Source: Octopus sinensis
Lineage: Eukaryota
Direction: 5' to 3'
Assembly: GCF_006345805.1 (NCBI RefSeq)
Contig: NC_043002.1
Span: 79,422,001 to 79,486,000 of the forward strand
Length of the DNA: 64,000 nt
The stretch's first letter is position 1; the number at the start of each line of letters is the position of its first letter. Shown piece by piece: positions 26,083 to 40,075 of the stretch. Under the pieces are notes generated by a model. It was not told the origin of the DNA and did not search any database. It saw only the letters and a list, made by a program, of their open reading frames with translations. The position numbers and the translations under genes are program-made.

Positions 26083-27060
26083 GGAGAATTCACAAAAAAG
26101 CAAAAGAAGACAGGTGGTGTAGATAACATACAGATGTATTAGTATAAAGCTCGGGAAGTGAAAAATTCTTTAACGTTTCGAGCCTTCGCTCTTCCACAGA
26201 AAGGGACACAGAATGAAACAAGGAGAGAAAATAAAGAATGTGTAGTGGCTAGCGATCTATCACGGTGAATGCTGGACTGAAGGGTCACACAGGAGAGCTA
26301 GGGAGAAGGGGAGATAATAATGTAGTGGTAATCCCAAAACGAAGGTGCGCGTGCGAGTGTATAAGAGAGTTTGTATGTGCGTGTTGAAGAGGGCTGGTGA
26401 TCTTGATGTGTGCGCGTGTGTATGTGTAGGTGTGAAAGTGTGTGTCTGGGAAGTGGTCAGTGCTGATGTGTGCGTGGTGGTGTGTTGTGATGTGATGTGA
26501 TGTGATGTGTAGTGGTGTGTGGTGTGATGGTGTTCGGAGGTGGGGGAGGTGAGAGTGGGGAAATCAAGCGTGGGGTGTGGGTTAGGCTGAGAGTGGGGGT
26601 AGAGGTGGGGTATGTCGGTAGGCGGAGGGTTGGGGTCTCTCTCCAGCTTAAAAAAACAATCTTGGTTTGTTTATGTCCCTGTAACACAGAGGTTCGTTAT
26701 AAGTGGCCGTTAGACCAAGTACTAGACTTTAAAAAAAACAAACAAGCAAGCAACAAATATTGGGGCCGATCAGTCTGACTTAGCGCTACAGTGAAGGAAA
26801 CAACTAAAAAATGAGACTTCGTGTTGCGTCTATTGACCTCGAAGTATAAAACTATTATTATGTATGAAAGTTTTGGTATTCAGAGTTTCCCGTTTGCAAT
26901 GGTCGGAGAGGAACAGCTGTTACTAGCTGTTACTAGAGATTTTGCGATACTGCTGTTAGTGCCTGAAGATTTTCTTTAGAGGGGATTTTCTATGGTTGCA
27001 GAACGTAATTAATTGAGCTTTAAATTCAGGTACTAATGACTCTGTATTCTTGTTATGTTG
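26082..27060 (-). mobile_element. Degenerate Penelope-like 3' part plus pLTR
   Basis: pLTR homologous to 53482-53700 and 31766-31920; C-rich 3' UTR; decayed GIY-YIG remnants (SQTDR for GQTGR); abuts the mariner at 27061. Confidence 0.7.
26168..26203 (-). ncRNA. Minimal HHR motif, A6U variant
   Basis: CTTT-CTGTGGA-A-GAGC-GAAG-GCTC-GAAACGTT-AAAG. Confidence 0.7.
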
Positions 27061-27062
27061 TA

Positions 27063-28332
27063 TTGGGTTGTCCGGAAAATTCGTGCCGATTAATAGTAGC
27101 TTACATTTCGAATTATTTTAGAACATGGTTGAGTCCATAAAATAGAATTTGACTGCACCTCCATTTAGAGCACAGTTTAAGCTAGCTTTTCGTGGAAGAA
27201 GACTTATGTTCCTATAACCTGTGTTAACTCTGTAACCCTTTAAAATAGAATATAAGAAAGTTCATTTTCGGTACTTGATGCTTTTCTTTTTCCGTAAAGG
27301 GAAAAATGCCTCACAAGCAACCAAAGAAATATGCGCAGTTTACAGTGATGTTTCTTTATCCGAAAAAACTGTACGGAAGTGGCTCGCAAGGTTCCGAGCT
27401 GGAGATTGTAGCCTTATTGATAAAACGCGATCAGGCAGACCATCCACTTCAGATGATGACCAAATCAAGTCATTAATTGAGAATAACCCACATTGCACAA
27501 CCCGAGAATTGGCAGAAAGCCTCAACCTATCAAAATCCGTCGTTCATGAGCACCTGGTAAAGCTTGGGTACACAAATTGCTACGATGTTTGGGTACCACA
27601 TGTGTTGAGTGAGAAGAACCTTTTGGATCGCATTTCCATCTGTGATTAGCTTTGTAAACGGAATGAAAACGCGCCTTTTTTAAAGCAAATTATGATAGGT
27701 GATGAGAAATGGATTATGTACCGAAATGTTCAGAGAAAGCGATCCTGGAGTAAGCTACATGAGCCCTACTTAGCCACCACAAAAGCGGATCTTCACCCTA
27801 AAAAGTCTTGCTTTGTGTCTGGTGGGATTGGAAAGGAATTCTGTACTATGAGCTTCTCCCAAGTAACCAGACAATTGATTCTGAGAAATACTGCACACAA
27901 CTGGACGAGTTAAAAGCAGGAATTCAGAATTGGCCAATAGGAAAGGTGTTGTTTTCCAACATGATAATGCAAGACCGCACGTTTCTTTGGGAACCAGACA
28001 AAAATTGCTGTAGCTCGGCTGGGATGTGTTACTCCACCCTCCATATTCATCAGATATTGCTCCATCGGATTTCCGCTTATTTAGGTCTCTGCAGAATAGT
28101 CTCAAGAGTAAAAATTTCAATTCCTTGCATGACATAAAAAGATACCTTGATGAATTCTTTGCCATGAAACCACCTCATTTTTGTGAAGAGGGTATTTTCA
28201 AGTTAAAGGAAAGATGGAGACGCATTGTGCAACAAAATGCTTTATATTTGGTTGATTAAAAATGTAATGGCAAATATTTATTGACATTTTTCTTTCCTTT
28301 AAAAATCGGCACGAACTTTCCGGACAACCCAA
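27063..28332 (+). mobile_element. Full-length mariner transposon (mellifera-like subfamily), 1270 bp
   Basis: 29-bp TIRs ttgggttgtccggaaaattcgtgccgatt / aatcggcacgaactttccggacaacccaa (1 mismatch); TA TSDs at 27061-62 and 28333-34. Confidence 0.95.
27245..28259 (+). pseudogene. Mariner DD34D transposase, disrupted
   Basis: HFRYLMLFFFRKGKNASQA, WVPHVL, GDEKW, HDNARPH, HPPYSSDIAPSDFRLF; start ATG mutated to ATA, stop at 27647, frameshifts. Confidence 0.93.
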
Positions 28333-28711
28333 TATTATATGATTTCACTCTATCAATGATGCACTAACTCATAAAGTGTGATACTTAGAGACTCTCAGTC
28401 TCTATGTGTAGTTGGATCGCATGGTTCACGCTCTTTTGTTGATGTATCTAATTGAATATCTTTGCTCCTGGCGGAGTTTGAACGTAGTAGAGATAAGGCG
28501 AATGTAGCGTTTATCTTACGATACTTAAATAATTATTATTGTTTCCGAATATTATGTTCTGAGACTCAGCTATTATATGATGGTCTAGTGTGTGGGGTAC
28601 TGTGTGTTTGTTCTTGTTTTGCGGCTGATGATCAATGAGTTTGGTGAAAAGTAGCGTTTGAGAACAGGAAATGATGAAGAAATTCTGTGAAGATACAATG
28701 AAATACATGAG

Positions 28712-29112
28712 GGCAGGGGTGGCTGCGTGGTATGTAGCCTGCTTATAAACCACATGGTTCTGGGTTCAGTCCCCTACGGGGCACCATGGGCAAGTGTTTT
28801 CTACTATAGCCTGAAGCCGACCAAAGCCTTCTGAGTGGATTTGGCAGACGGAAACTGAAAGAATCCCGTCGTATGTATATATATATATGTGTGTTTGTGT
28901 GTTGCTGTATCTGTGTTTGTGTCCCCACCATCGCTTGACAACTGATGCTGGTGTATTTATGTCCTCGTAACTAGCGGTTCGGTAAAAGAGAACCGATGGA
29001 ATAAGTACTAGTCTTACAAAAAATAAGTCTTGGTGTCGATTTACTCGACTAAAAATAATGTTCCAGCATGGCCGCAGTCAAATGACTGAAACGAGTAAAA
29101 GAATAAAAGAAT
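28712..29112 (+). mobile_element. SINE family B, full length
   Basis: Head, both bodies, internal (TA)(TG), tail gtaaaagaataaaagaat. Confidence 0.9.
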
Positions 29113-29814
29113 ATATACATAATATATATATATATATATATATAATTATATATTATTAATATATAATATATATATATATTATATATATATATATTATATC
29201 ATGTATACGAGTATGGATATATACGTACATAATGTATATATATATGCATACATACATATGTATATATTTACATATGTATATATATATACACACACACATC
29301 TATACGTATGATGTAAGTATATGCATGTACAGAAACACACATATGTACAGACTCAGCCACCGATTTATGTTTAGACATATTAATTTCTTATGAACAAATT
29401 TGCATGCTAATATTTATATTTATGTTTTTACATTTGTAACCTTGTCTGAATGAAGGATCAGTAGAAAGAGAAGACTAGCACAAGAAGGAGAATGAGGGGG
29501 AAGGTACCAGCTGTGATTGGATTGGTTTTTGCGGGGATATCTTTATATTTTACTATTTATTTTTTTTATCTGATTGGGTTGACTGGATGTCATTCTTACG
29601 ATTAACGTTGCTAAGACTTTATTGAAGACAAGACTATATGAACATTAACAAACAAAGCTACAGAAACAGGCAGGCACGTACGTATCATAAACACACTCAG
29701 ACAGAAGCGAATGTATGCACACGGAGACACTGCCAAGCATACATACCTCGACACACAGACACAGACACAAACACAGACTTACTTTGATATACATAAAACA
29801 CAGGCACTCATATA

Positions 29815-30095
29815 TTTCGTTATTGATCCATAACGTGCATATATATATATATATTTACACACACACACAGATATATATATATATTATATATACATACATA
29901 TACACATATATATATGCACACACACATATACGTACAAACATGTACATACATATACAAGCAAACACTCAAATGCGTATTCTTATTCATACATGTGTGTATA
30001 TATATATATATAATATATATATATATATATTATATATATATAATATATATAGTTATATATTTATTATATATATATATATATATATATATACATAC

Positions 30096-30128
<33 letters not shown>

Positions 30129-30140
30129 ATATATATATAT

Positions 30141-30183
<43 letters not shown>

Positions 30184-30471
30184 TTATATATTTATATGTA
30201 CTTGTGTCTGTGGCGAACGTGCATGTATGTGTTGTCAGCATGGGTATGTGTACGAACAAAACAAACAGACAGACACCCACTCACACGTATGCCACGAATA
30301 AAATTGCGCCTGTCGGAGTAAGATTTAATTCGCCATGCTTAATCTTCGCCAGTTGTCGTTTCGAGCCGGCAACGTTTTAATCTAGTGGATCAAGCAACAT
30401 CGATCGTTGATAATCTCTCAATTTCATTATCGTTTCGTTGATTTGATCCGCAGGAGTACATTCATCCATCC

Positions 30472-30519
<48 letters not shown>

Positions 30520-30540
30520 TTGTGTGTATATATATGTATT

Positions 30541-30572
<32 letters not shown>

Positions 30573-30835
30573 CACGCACATCCACACACACACTCACATA
30601 TATATGTACACAGTTATATTTTTATTATTTACATTTTTAGTCTTATTTTTTTTGTTGGTAGTCAATTTATTTTTTAGTTTTGTTTTCATTTCTCCTGGTT
30701 TCATTCCATATAATTTTCTTTTTCTTTTTTTCTTTCCCGAATTTTTTAAATTATTATTTTTTTTATCATTATTAATGTTCGCCTTTTCTCTCCCCGATTC
30801 TCTTCATATGAGAGCGCGTTGATATGTCTGCGTTG

Positions 30836-30906
<71 letters not shown>

Positions 30907-30974
30907 ATATATATATTGTATATATAATATATATGTGATATCTATTTATCTATCTATCTATCTATCTGTATATC

Positions 30975-31016
<42 letters not shown>

Positions 31017-31135
31017 TATATATATATATATATATACAAGATATATATATACATTACACCAACACATACATACATACACACAACACACACACACCCAATA
31101 TATATATATATATACTAAACATAGTAGGTATACAT
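29815..31135. repeat. Extended (TA)n-rich microsatellite tracts
   Basis: Direct reading, with short unique spacers. Confidence 0.9.
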
Positions 31136-31765
31136 ATTATTGCTCTGTATATCTCTTACTTATTTTATACTTCATTTATTCCTGTTTTATTTATACTATT
31201 TTCTAACCACGTAAAGCTGTTTATATGTATGTATTTCTTTTGTTTTCCTATATAACAACACAGAATATTTCCTAGTTATTCTGGGCACCTTCTCTGTTAT
31301 ATTTCTAGTTTTTCATACCTTTCGTAGATGCCTCTCCGCATCGTTTCTTTCCTTTTCTTTTTTACTTGTTTCCCACATTATTCGCATCTTTTCCTTTCAT
31401 TTATTATTTATCTATATTTTTGCATAGTATTTTTTATTGCTTACTGGTTGTTACGACATCTTGTTTTTGGAAACTTATATGTTTATTATTTATATTATTA
31501 TGTTAATCATATATTCTTATTACTACATATGCACAAATGTATATAAGATTTTCTGCTTGTTTGTCTTAGCTTTATATGTAATTGTCTTTCCTTTTCATTC
31601 ATTTTGATACAACATGCTATTTGCGCTTTCCCGTCTTTCATATATGATTTTATCTCTCTTCATACGTTGAAACATGGACACGAATATTTTCATACCTGTA
31701 TGTCTGTATGCATGTGTGTGTGTATGTGTGTTTTATGTGTTTGTGTGTGTGTGGGTGTGTGTGTG

Positions 31766-31920
31766 CATAGTTCAAACATAAAGAAAACGAAAGATGAAGG
31801 CAGGTGAAGAAACAAGAAGCAGGTGTGTTAGTCTAACGCTGAGGAAGAATGGAAAGTCTCTGACGTTTCGAGCATACGCTCTTCGACAGAAAGGATTGAA
31901 AGGATGGATTGAGGGTGGGG
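31766..31920 (-). mobile_element. Penelope pLTR fragment containing HHR (A6U) at 31858-31893
   Basis: CTTT-CTGTCGA-A-GAGC-GTAT-GCTC-GAAACGTC-AGAG; downstream ttcctcagcg..actaacac shared with the other copies. Confidence 0.75.
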
Positions 31921-31924
31921 GGTA

Positions 31925-32313
31925 ACTCTTTACTCTCGTTTATTCTTTTACTTGTTTCAGTCATTTGATTGCGGCCATGCTGGAGCACCGCCTTTAGTCG
32001 AGGAAATCGACCCCAGGACTTATTCTTTGTAAGCCTAGTACTTATTCTATCATCGGTTTCTTTTGCCGATCTGTTAAGTTACGGGGACATAAATACACCA
32101 GCATCGGTTGTCAAAGGATGTTGGGGTGGGGAGAAACACACACACACAAACATATACACAGACATACATATATATATATACATATATACGACGGGCTTCT
32201 TTCAGTTTCCGTCTACCAAATCCACGTACAAGGCTTTGGTCGGCCCGAGGCTATAGTAGGAGACACATGCCCAAGGTGCCGCGCAGTGGGCCTGAACCCG
32301 GAACCATGTGGTT
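31925..32313 (-). mobile_element. SINE family B (extreme 5' end missing)
   Basis: Homology to other B copies. Confidence 0.9.
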
Positions 32314-32491
32314 GAAGTTTCGTGCCAAGGAGACACGGTCAACCGACAAATTTAAGTAACGTAACTTGCGTCTCCAGACAATGTTTCATGTTCAGTGAGA
32401 ATTGTTAGTCCTGTTTGAAAACTTATCTCGCACTGGATGGGGTACTTTTTTGTTGAACTTTCCTATTATAACTATATACTATATTATATAT

Positions 32492-32523
<32 letters not shown>

Positions 32524-32532
32524 ATATTATAT

Positions 32533-32763
32533 ATATTAATAAAAGGAATTCCAACCTTGTCTAATTTTCACGTTTTATTTACAATCTTATAATGATATAA
32601 GATAATATAATGAAATAAAATAAAATAATAGAATGTTAAATGTTCATTCTGATTGAACATTTAACCTTCTATTATTTTATTTATTTCATTATATTATCTT
32701 ATATCATATAAGATTGTAAAAAAACGTGAAAATTAGACAAGGTTGGAATTCCTTTATTAATAT
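32533..32763. repeat. About 230-bp near-perfect palindrome (inverted repeat) in (TA)n context
   Basis: aaaggaattccaaccttgtctaattttcacg... / ...cgtgaaaattagacaaggttggaattccttt; centre about 32650. Confidence 0.92.
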
Positions 32764-32807
32764 ATCTTCTATACACAATCACACACATCCGTATATATAT
32801 ATATATA

Positions 32808-32849
<42 letters not shown>

Positions 32850-33311
32850 ATGTGTGTGTGTGTGAGTGTGTGTTCAAATCATGCGTATATACACATATGC
32901 ACACACGCATATAAAAGTTTAGAATTTGGTAGATTGAGAGTCATCCCTAATCTCCTAAGGTATCCGCTGAAACGTTCACTCATCTATTATGTAATAATAT
33001 AAACAGCTGCGAATGTAACGTACCACCTCGCATAAAAAACAGTTACACATGCATACACACACACACACACACACATACACACACACACACGCACATGCAC
33101 ACACATATGCATATATCACGTGCTCACGTTGACCAGACTTTTGAATGTTGTTATACATAGCTGGTCACAATGCACTTTGCATTATTTCAGCTTTTGATTG
33201 ATGCTACCCTGTTGGCTAGGCGAGCAGGTCAACATGCTCCCTGATCAGGAAGCTAGTCTGGGTTACATAGATACATATATGCGTGCGTGCGTGCGTGTGT
33301 GTGGTGTGTGT

Positions 33312-33386
<75 letters not shown>

Positions 33387-33564
33387 ATGCATACTGTTCG
33401 AATTGATTGGGACTTCACCAGAAACTACCTGAATAAATCGTAAGGCGAATCTTGAAACGAACATTGCAAAAAATTTGACTTTACTTTCAGTTTCGAGTTA
33501 CGTCATCAGATTTTCCCTATTTTCAGACTAACTTTCAAATAAGCAATTTTACCAGCTGTGTAGG

Positions 33565-33670
33565 CTGGAACAACGTGAAAAGAAGGGTTTTGCTCAAGGA
33601 CCCAATACGTCCACCGCTCTAGGAATCGAACCCCCAATCTTACGATGATGAGTCCAACGCCCTAACAACC
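33565..33670 (-). mobile_element. tRNA-derived SINE head fragment (distinct family)
   Basis: Minus strand: ggttgttagggcgttggact...gggttcgattcc...tccttgagcaaaac. Confidence 0.6.
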
Positions 33671-34195
33671 TTATATGTATATTCTTACGTTTCTTTACCT
33701 TCTGACTTTAAAATATTCATATTTCAAAATACGAAATTCGAAGAATACTGTAAAGATTAATAAAATAAATAAATAAAGATAATCGTTTCGAAATTTCCTT
33801 TTTATTTGGAGAAATACCAAACAATAAAAGAAAGAAAATCTGACAACAAATGTTTCTCATCTCAACGAAAAGAGGCAGTTAATCTTTAGATGTTTGGCAA
33901 TAATCTATGCAAGATAATTGATTGATATGATTAAGGGAAAAGAATTATAAGATTTGTTTTGCAGTCAAGAGAAAACTACGAAGAGATTTCGATCTATTTG
34001 GTCTCATCGGCTTCTCGTAGACTAATCAATTTTGTCTGATCAAATGACAGATTTTTTACATATCGCAAAAGTATTTCAATGTGTACCAGGTATTTATCAG
34101 AATTGATTGAATCAATTATCCTCCACCCAACCATTACGACATTATGTCATTATGTAGTGTTGTATCGAAGTTAGAAACCAACATTTCTAGTTACC

Positions 34196-34420
34196 AAGGC
34201 GGTGAAGCTGGCAGAAACGTTAGCACGCCGGGCAAAATGCTTAATGGCATTTCGTCCGTCTGCATGTTCTAAGTTCAAATTTCGCCGCGGTTGACTTTGC
34301 CTTTTATCCTTTCGGAGTCGGTAAAAAAAAGTACCAGTTGAAGACTAGGGATCGATGTAATCGACTTAGTTCCATCTTCAAACCTACTGGCCCTTCTGCC
34401 AAAATTTATAACCAAAATCT
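34196..34420 (+). mobile_element. SINE family C with alternative tail
   Basis: aaggcggtgaagctggcagaaacgttagcacg..., B box, core. Confidence 0.85.
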
Positions 34421-36074
34421 CAGGTTATTGGTGCGTACTGAATCAAGAAAGCAGGGTTCATATCATTATGCTTTTATCACGAACCCTTTGAGAACCAACT
34501 CATGTTTTTAAAATTTATTTTATTATTTAGTCAAGAAGAAGGCCATTTCCCATGGTTCATTAAAGAGCCTTCATCACTATTAGGAAGCGTGTTAGGTATT
34601 CGCTGACCACCTGAGCTGAATACTTCTAACAGCGGACTCTATTGTGAGCACCTACAGGAATTTGAACGGACAACACAAACGACCATTTCATATATATATA
34701 TATATATATATAGGGTTTAATATTTGCGACAGTAATTTCCGTAGATTTTTATTGATGTATCCTTAGATTGCCTAATAACATACAATCCACTGTCTTCAGA
34801 TAAAATTTCAAACAGTTAAGTTGTCACACAGGTGAGCTAATCTGTTTGACATCAGTTATGACGAATCTCACCAACAGCGTTGAATAAATGGTATTTTGAA
34901 AAATAGCATTCGAATTTATAGAGAAATTATAAGGAGTGGCTTTAATGAGTATACGAGAAGGAAAGAGATCAAACGGTTGCATTATTTCAAATGATTTATC
35001 TAAATTAGTTTATAGCTAATATTGGCATTGAGAAGAAATCAATCTTGTGAGGCAGACTGTCTGAATTGACAGGGCGTTGCTAAATGGCCCTGCAGTATTT
35101 GTTCAGGACCTTTACGTTCTCAGTCTGCCTGTAGTGGTACAGGTTCAACCCAGTGTTGGCTCTAGGACAACAACGGCGACATGAATATAGGAGCCTGGTG
35201 GTACAGGGAGCATCCATAATAATAATAAAAAATCAGTTTTCTTTCTGCTCAGGTAATTTTCATTTGCGAAAATAGCCAGTCTCGATTGCCGTTGTTTTCA
35301 CAATAACCTCAATGACAGCTACCTGCTACTGACTGACACCAATTTGAAGATATCGGTAAGTGGCAAATGACGATAGACTCCCCCTCGATTGATTCTCCTC
35401 TCAATAAGCTGGGCAATAAATTCTTCCTTCAATAAACTGCTCAATAAATAAGCGCGCAAAGTCCTGAGTATTTCACAGAATGTGTACCATTAACGCAAAT
35501 CTCAGCAAGAAACAGCGCGATACAAACGTGAAATGGTTAGACTTTTCAATTACGGGTACTAGGAACACTCTCTCTGACGGATTTCTATACAGTTTCTGCA
35601 CATGCACATTCTCAGGTAAGATTTCGGTAAACCCAATGCGATGCAAAATGCACTCCCTCAAGATAACATACAGTGGGATCGAACCTGGAACGCAAAGTTG
35701 TGAAGCGAACATCTTTACCATTCAGCCATATCTATATGCGCAGGTTACAAATAAACAGTCTGTAAAATCGAGCGGATCTATGATCGAAGGCATCTCATCT
35801 ATTTGGGGGCTATATAGCTTACAGCACTTAGTCTGACTTGTTCATGTATAAAACAATGAATGTGATGTTGATGGAGACTTGGTTAGTATTCCTATTTGAT
35901 TGAGTGACTACGTAGAAGACCTCTCAGTGTTTCGTTGTAACACTGTTGTTATTGTTTAACGGGTACTAGTAATTGAAAAATTACTCAATGCTTTTTTAGT
36001 AGAATGCATGTTATTTAACGTTTACAAGAAGCGTACTGACAGTGAGTCCGAAGTTTAATAAATGCACACACACA

Positions 36075-36144
<70 letters not shown>

Positions 36145-36819
36145 TATATATATATGCTATATGTCCGGTGGACACATGGTAGGGTATGATTTGAGGAAGG
36201 TTCAGCTACAAATTCTCTAAGGTCGAACGACCACGTGGAAGATGCTTTGTTAATTTGCGTTGCTATTGCTGTTGTCGGCGGAGATGTAGTCAAGTCTGAC
36301 AACAACAAGAACAAACAACAGTAAGCAAATAATGAACAGCTGGCTATTTCAATTGTCTCCCTTTTATAAATGCGAATGAGGCCTTGTGTTAGTGTTCACT
36401 AATCAATATTTCTGTTTATCGTTGATTTTATTTATAAGAAATACTAAGACTCGTGCACGGCAGCGGCAGCGGCAGCCGCAGTGGGTGACGGGGTGGTTAG
36501 ACGTTCAGCTATTGGACAGATAACTCTCGCTCTCTACACGGTTTGTTAATCCACCAAACAACTGGTTTCGTAGATAAGACGTCGAAAGGCGTGTATATGT
36601 GCATGTACATGTGTGTGCTGATGTGAGCAATTGTGTGAACATATGCATGTGCAAGTGAGTGAATTTTCTCTGTGTGTGTGTGTGTGTGTGTGCGTGTGTG
36701 TGTCTGAAGCCGTGTTTGAATTAGTATCAATCAAGAAATGTGTGCCTAACTGCGTCTGAGAAGCAAAAGACGTGAAGTGCGGTTGTTTTTCTGAAAGTTC
36801 GAATGTGTTTATTACTAAC

Positions 36820-37540
<721 letters not shown>

Positions 37541-37627
37541 GGAAAGAGAAAGAAAGAGAGAAAGAGAAAGAAAGAAATAAAGTGAAAGCGAGAGAGAAAG
37601 GGACAATTTGGTTCTGTATGTTGTATA

Positions 37628-38870
37628 CAAGGTTGTATCGGAAAGTTACCGGAGTAGTTCTGTAGCACGCCAACAGATGGCAGCACACGGTTGCGTGCGC
37701 AGTGAGAGCTGGCAGTGACCTTCATGAAACGGTGTGCCGAGTGACATCGCTGTGTTTACTTCGCAAGTTGTGAAATTTGTATTTTTCTGATTACGTGTAT
37801 GCTGTAGTCTGTGATCTTGTCATGGATACGAACAAAAGAGGCAAGAGTAAAATTTAGCAAGTCTGCTACAAAGACAATGAACATACTTTGGCAAGCTTAC
37901 AGTGACAAGACAATGAGTCGCACGCAATGTTTCGAGTGGCACGGGCGCTTCCAAGGCAGAAGAACGTCCCTAGAAGACGATGAGCGATCTGGAATTCCTG
38001 CCACGTGCGTCACTCCCGGACGAGCGGAGAAGGTTCGTCACCTTGCGCATGGGGATCATTGGGGGACTATCGATATTTGGGAGAGGATAATCAGCGTTTG
38101 AGGAAGGCGGCGAGCTGGCAGAAACGTTAGCACGCCGGGCGAAATGCTTTGTGGTATTTCGTCCGCTGCTCCGTTCTGAGTTCAAATTCCGCCGAGGTCG
38201 ACTTTACCTTTCATCCTTTCGGGGTCGAGTAAATAAGTACCAGTGACGCACTGGGGTCGACATAATCGACTTAATCCGTTTGTCTGTCCTTGTTTGTCCT
38301 CTCTATGTTTAGCCCCTTGTGGGTGGTAAAGAAATATGTATTTTGTCTGTATTTACGTTCTGAGTTCAAATTCCACCGTGGTTGACTTTGCTTTTCATCC
38401 TTTCGGGGTCGATAAATTAAGTACCAGTACTGAGTTCGATCTAATCGACTGGCTACCTCCCCCAAAATTTCGAGCCTTGTGCCTTGAGTAGAAAAGAATC
38501 AGCATTTGAGAGAAGACATCCGGCGAAAGCAACCAGGTCTGTGGAGCACGAAAAATTGGATTCTTCACTGAGCTTTCTTCACTCGTGAGTTTCTGGCCAA
38601 AAACAATATGGTATCTCTTTTGCACCCGTCATATTCACCAGATTTAGTACCTGCGGACTTCCATATCTTTCCCAAGGTGAAAATGCAGCTCAAAGCTCGC
38701 TGTTATGGCTTACGATACGACTTCCAGGCCGGATTCCAAACGTGGCAGGGACACTGGAATCGGTGTATTGCTGCGCAAGGTGACTATTTCGAACTAAACG
38801 ATGTTAAAACTTAAATAAATGATTTTTTTATCAAACATTACTGGTCTGGGAACTTTTTGATATCACCTCG
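37628..38870 (+). mobile_element. Internally deleted mariner, interrupted by a SINE insertion
   Basis: HTH part SRTQCFEWHGRFQGRRTSLEDDERSG; C-terminal HLREDIRRKQPGLW..NWILH, HPSYSPDLVPADF, WNRCIAAQGDYFE; degenerate TIRs caaggttgtatcggaaagttaccgga / tctgggaactttttgatatcacctcg. Confidence 0.85.
38103..38496 (+). mobile_element. Composite (1.5-mer) SINE family C insertion with 14-bp TSD
   Basis: TSD aatcagcgtttgag (38089-38102) / aatcagcatttgag (38497-38510). Confidence 0.85.
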
Positions 38871-38967
38871 TTGTTATATATTTGTAGATGTATTAATCCA
38901 TCGACTTGACTAAATATAGTTCTTCATGTATGTGTGTGCTTGTATGTATGTGTGTGTGTGTGTAGAG

Positions 38968-39365
38968 TATTCTTTTATTCGCTTATTCTTTTATTTGTTT
39001 CAGTCAGTTGACTGCGGCCATGCTGGAGCACCGCCTTTAGTCGAGAAAATCGACCTCAGGACTTATTCTTTGTAAGCCCAGTACTTATTCTATCGGACTC
39101 TCTTGCCGAACGGCTAAGTTACGGGGACGTCAACACAACAGCACCGGCTGTCAAGGATGTTGGGGGGACAAACACAGACACTCAAACATACATACATATA
39201 TATATATACGACGGGCTTTTTTCGGTTTCCGTCTACCAAATCCACTCACAAGGTTTTGGTCGGCCCGAGGCTATAGCAGAAGGCACTTGCCCCAGATGCC
39301 ACGCTGTGGAACTGAATCCGGAAACATGTGGTTGATAAGCAAGCTACTTACTACACAGCCACTTC
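38968..39365 (-). mobile_element. SINE family B, full length
   Basis: Homology to other B copies. Confidence 0.9.
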
Positions 39366-40075
39366 TACGTGTGAAAGTACTTTTATGAACGGCTGTTTGT
39401 ATGTGCCTATATACGCCTACGTATATATGTATCTACTGCTGTTCCTTGTACATGCGTATGAATGTATGTGAATGTGTGTGTGTATTATTGTTAGTGTGTT
39501 TTTTTGTGGGGGTGAGAGACGTTGTTTATCTACGTAGACCAATAGGAACACATGTGTGTGAAGGTGTATGTATATGTGTACGTGTGTGTGTGAGAGTGCG
39601 AGTGCGTGTGTGTGTGTGTGTATGTGTGTGTGTGTGTGTGTGCATGTGTAAGTCTAGAATCCACGCTCACGTAGACAAGAGTTTCTCAATTAATTGAAAA
39701 CTGTCTCTTAATTAGAAAAAGAAGAAAACAACAAAAAAGGAATTAGCAAAACCTAGCGGCAATAGTTAGCAATTCTCAAAGACAAAAAGGGAGATAATTT
39801 CAAGAAGTTAAAAATTAATTTTACGTTACATTTTTAATTTACATCGTAACAAATATCGGAATTCTAAACTAGGCAGGAAAATAGCATGTTTCTGTGAAGC
39901 TGAATTTTATATTCCTTGAAAATTATCTCGTTAATACACATCACGCGCGTATTTGTTTGTTTTCTCCAACTGAAAGATAAATTAAAATTCATTGAAATTT
40001 ATTTTTTGTCATTCAGTCCATTACCACATATTTGAATTCTCTGTCTGTCTGTCTGTCTGTCTGTTTCTCTGCACC

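Noticed and set aside
35253-35355. Apparent plus-strand exon (tttctgctcag|...|gtaagt)
   Set aside because: Stops in all three frames and no other support; could only be non-coding
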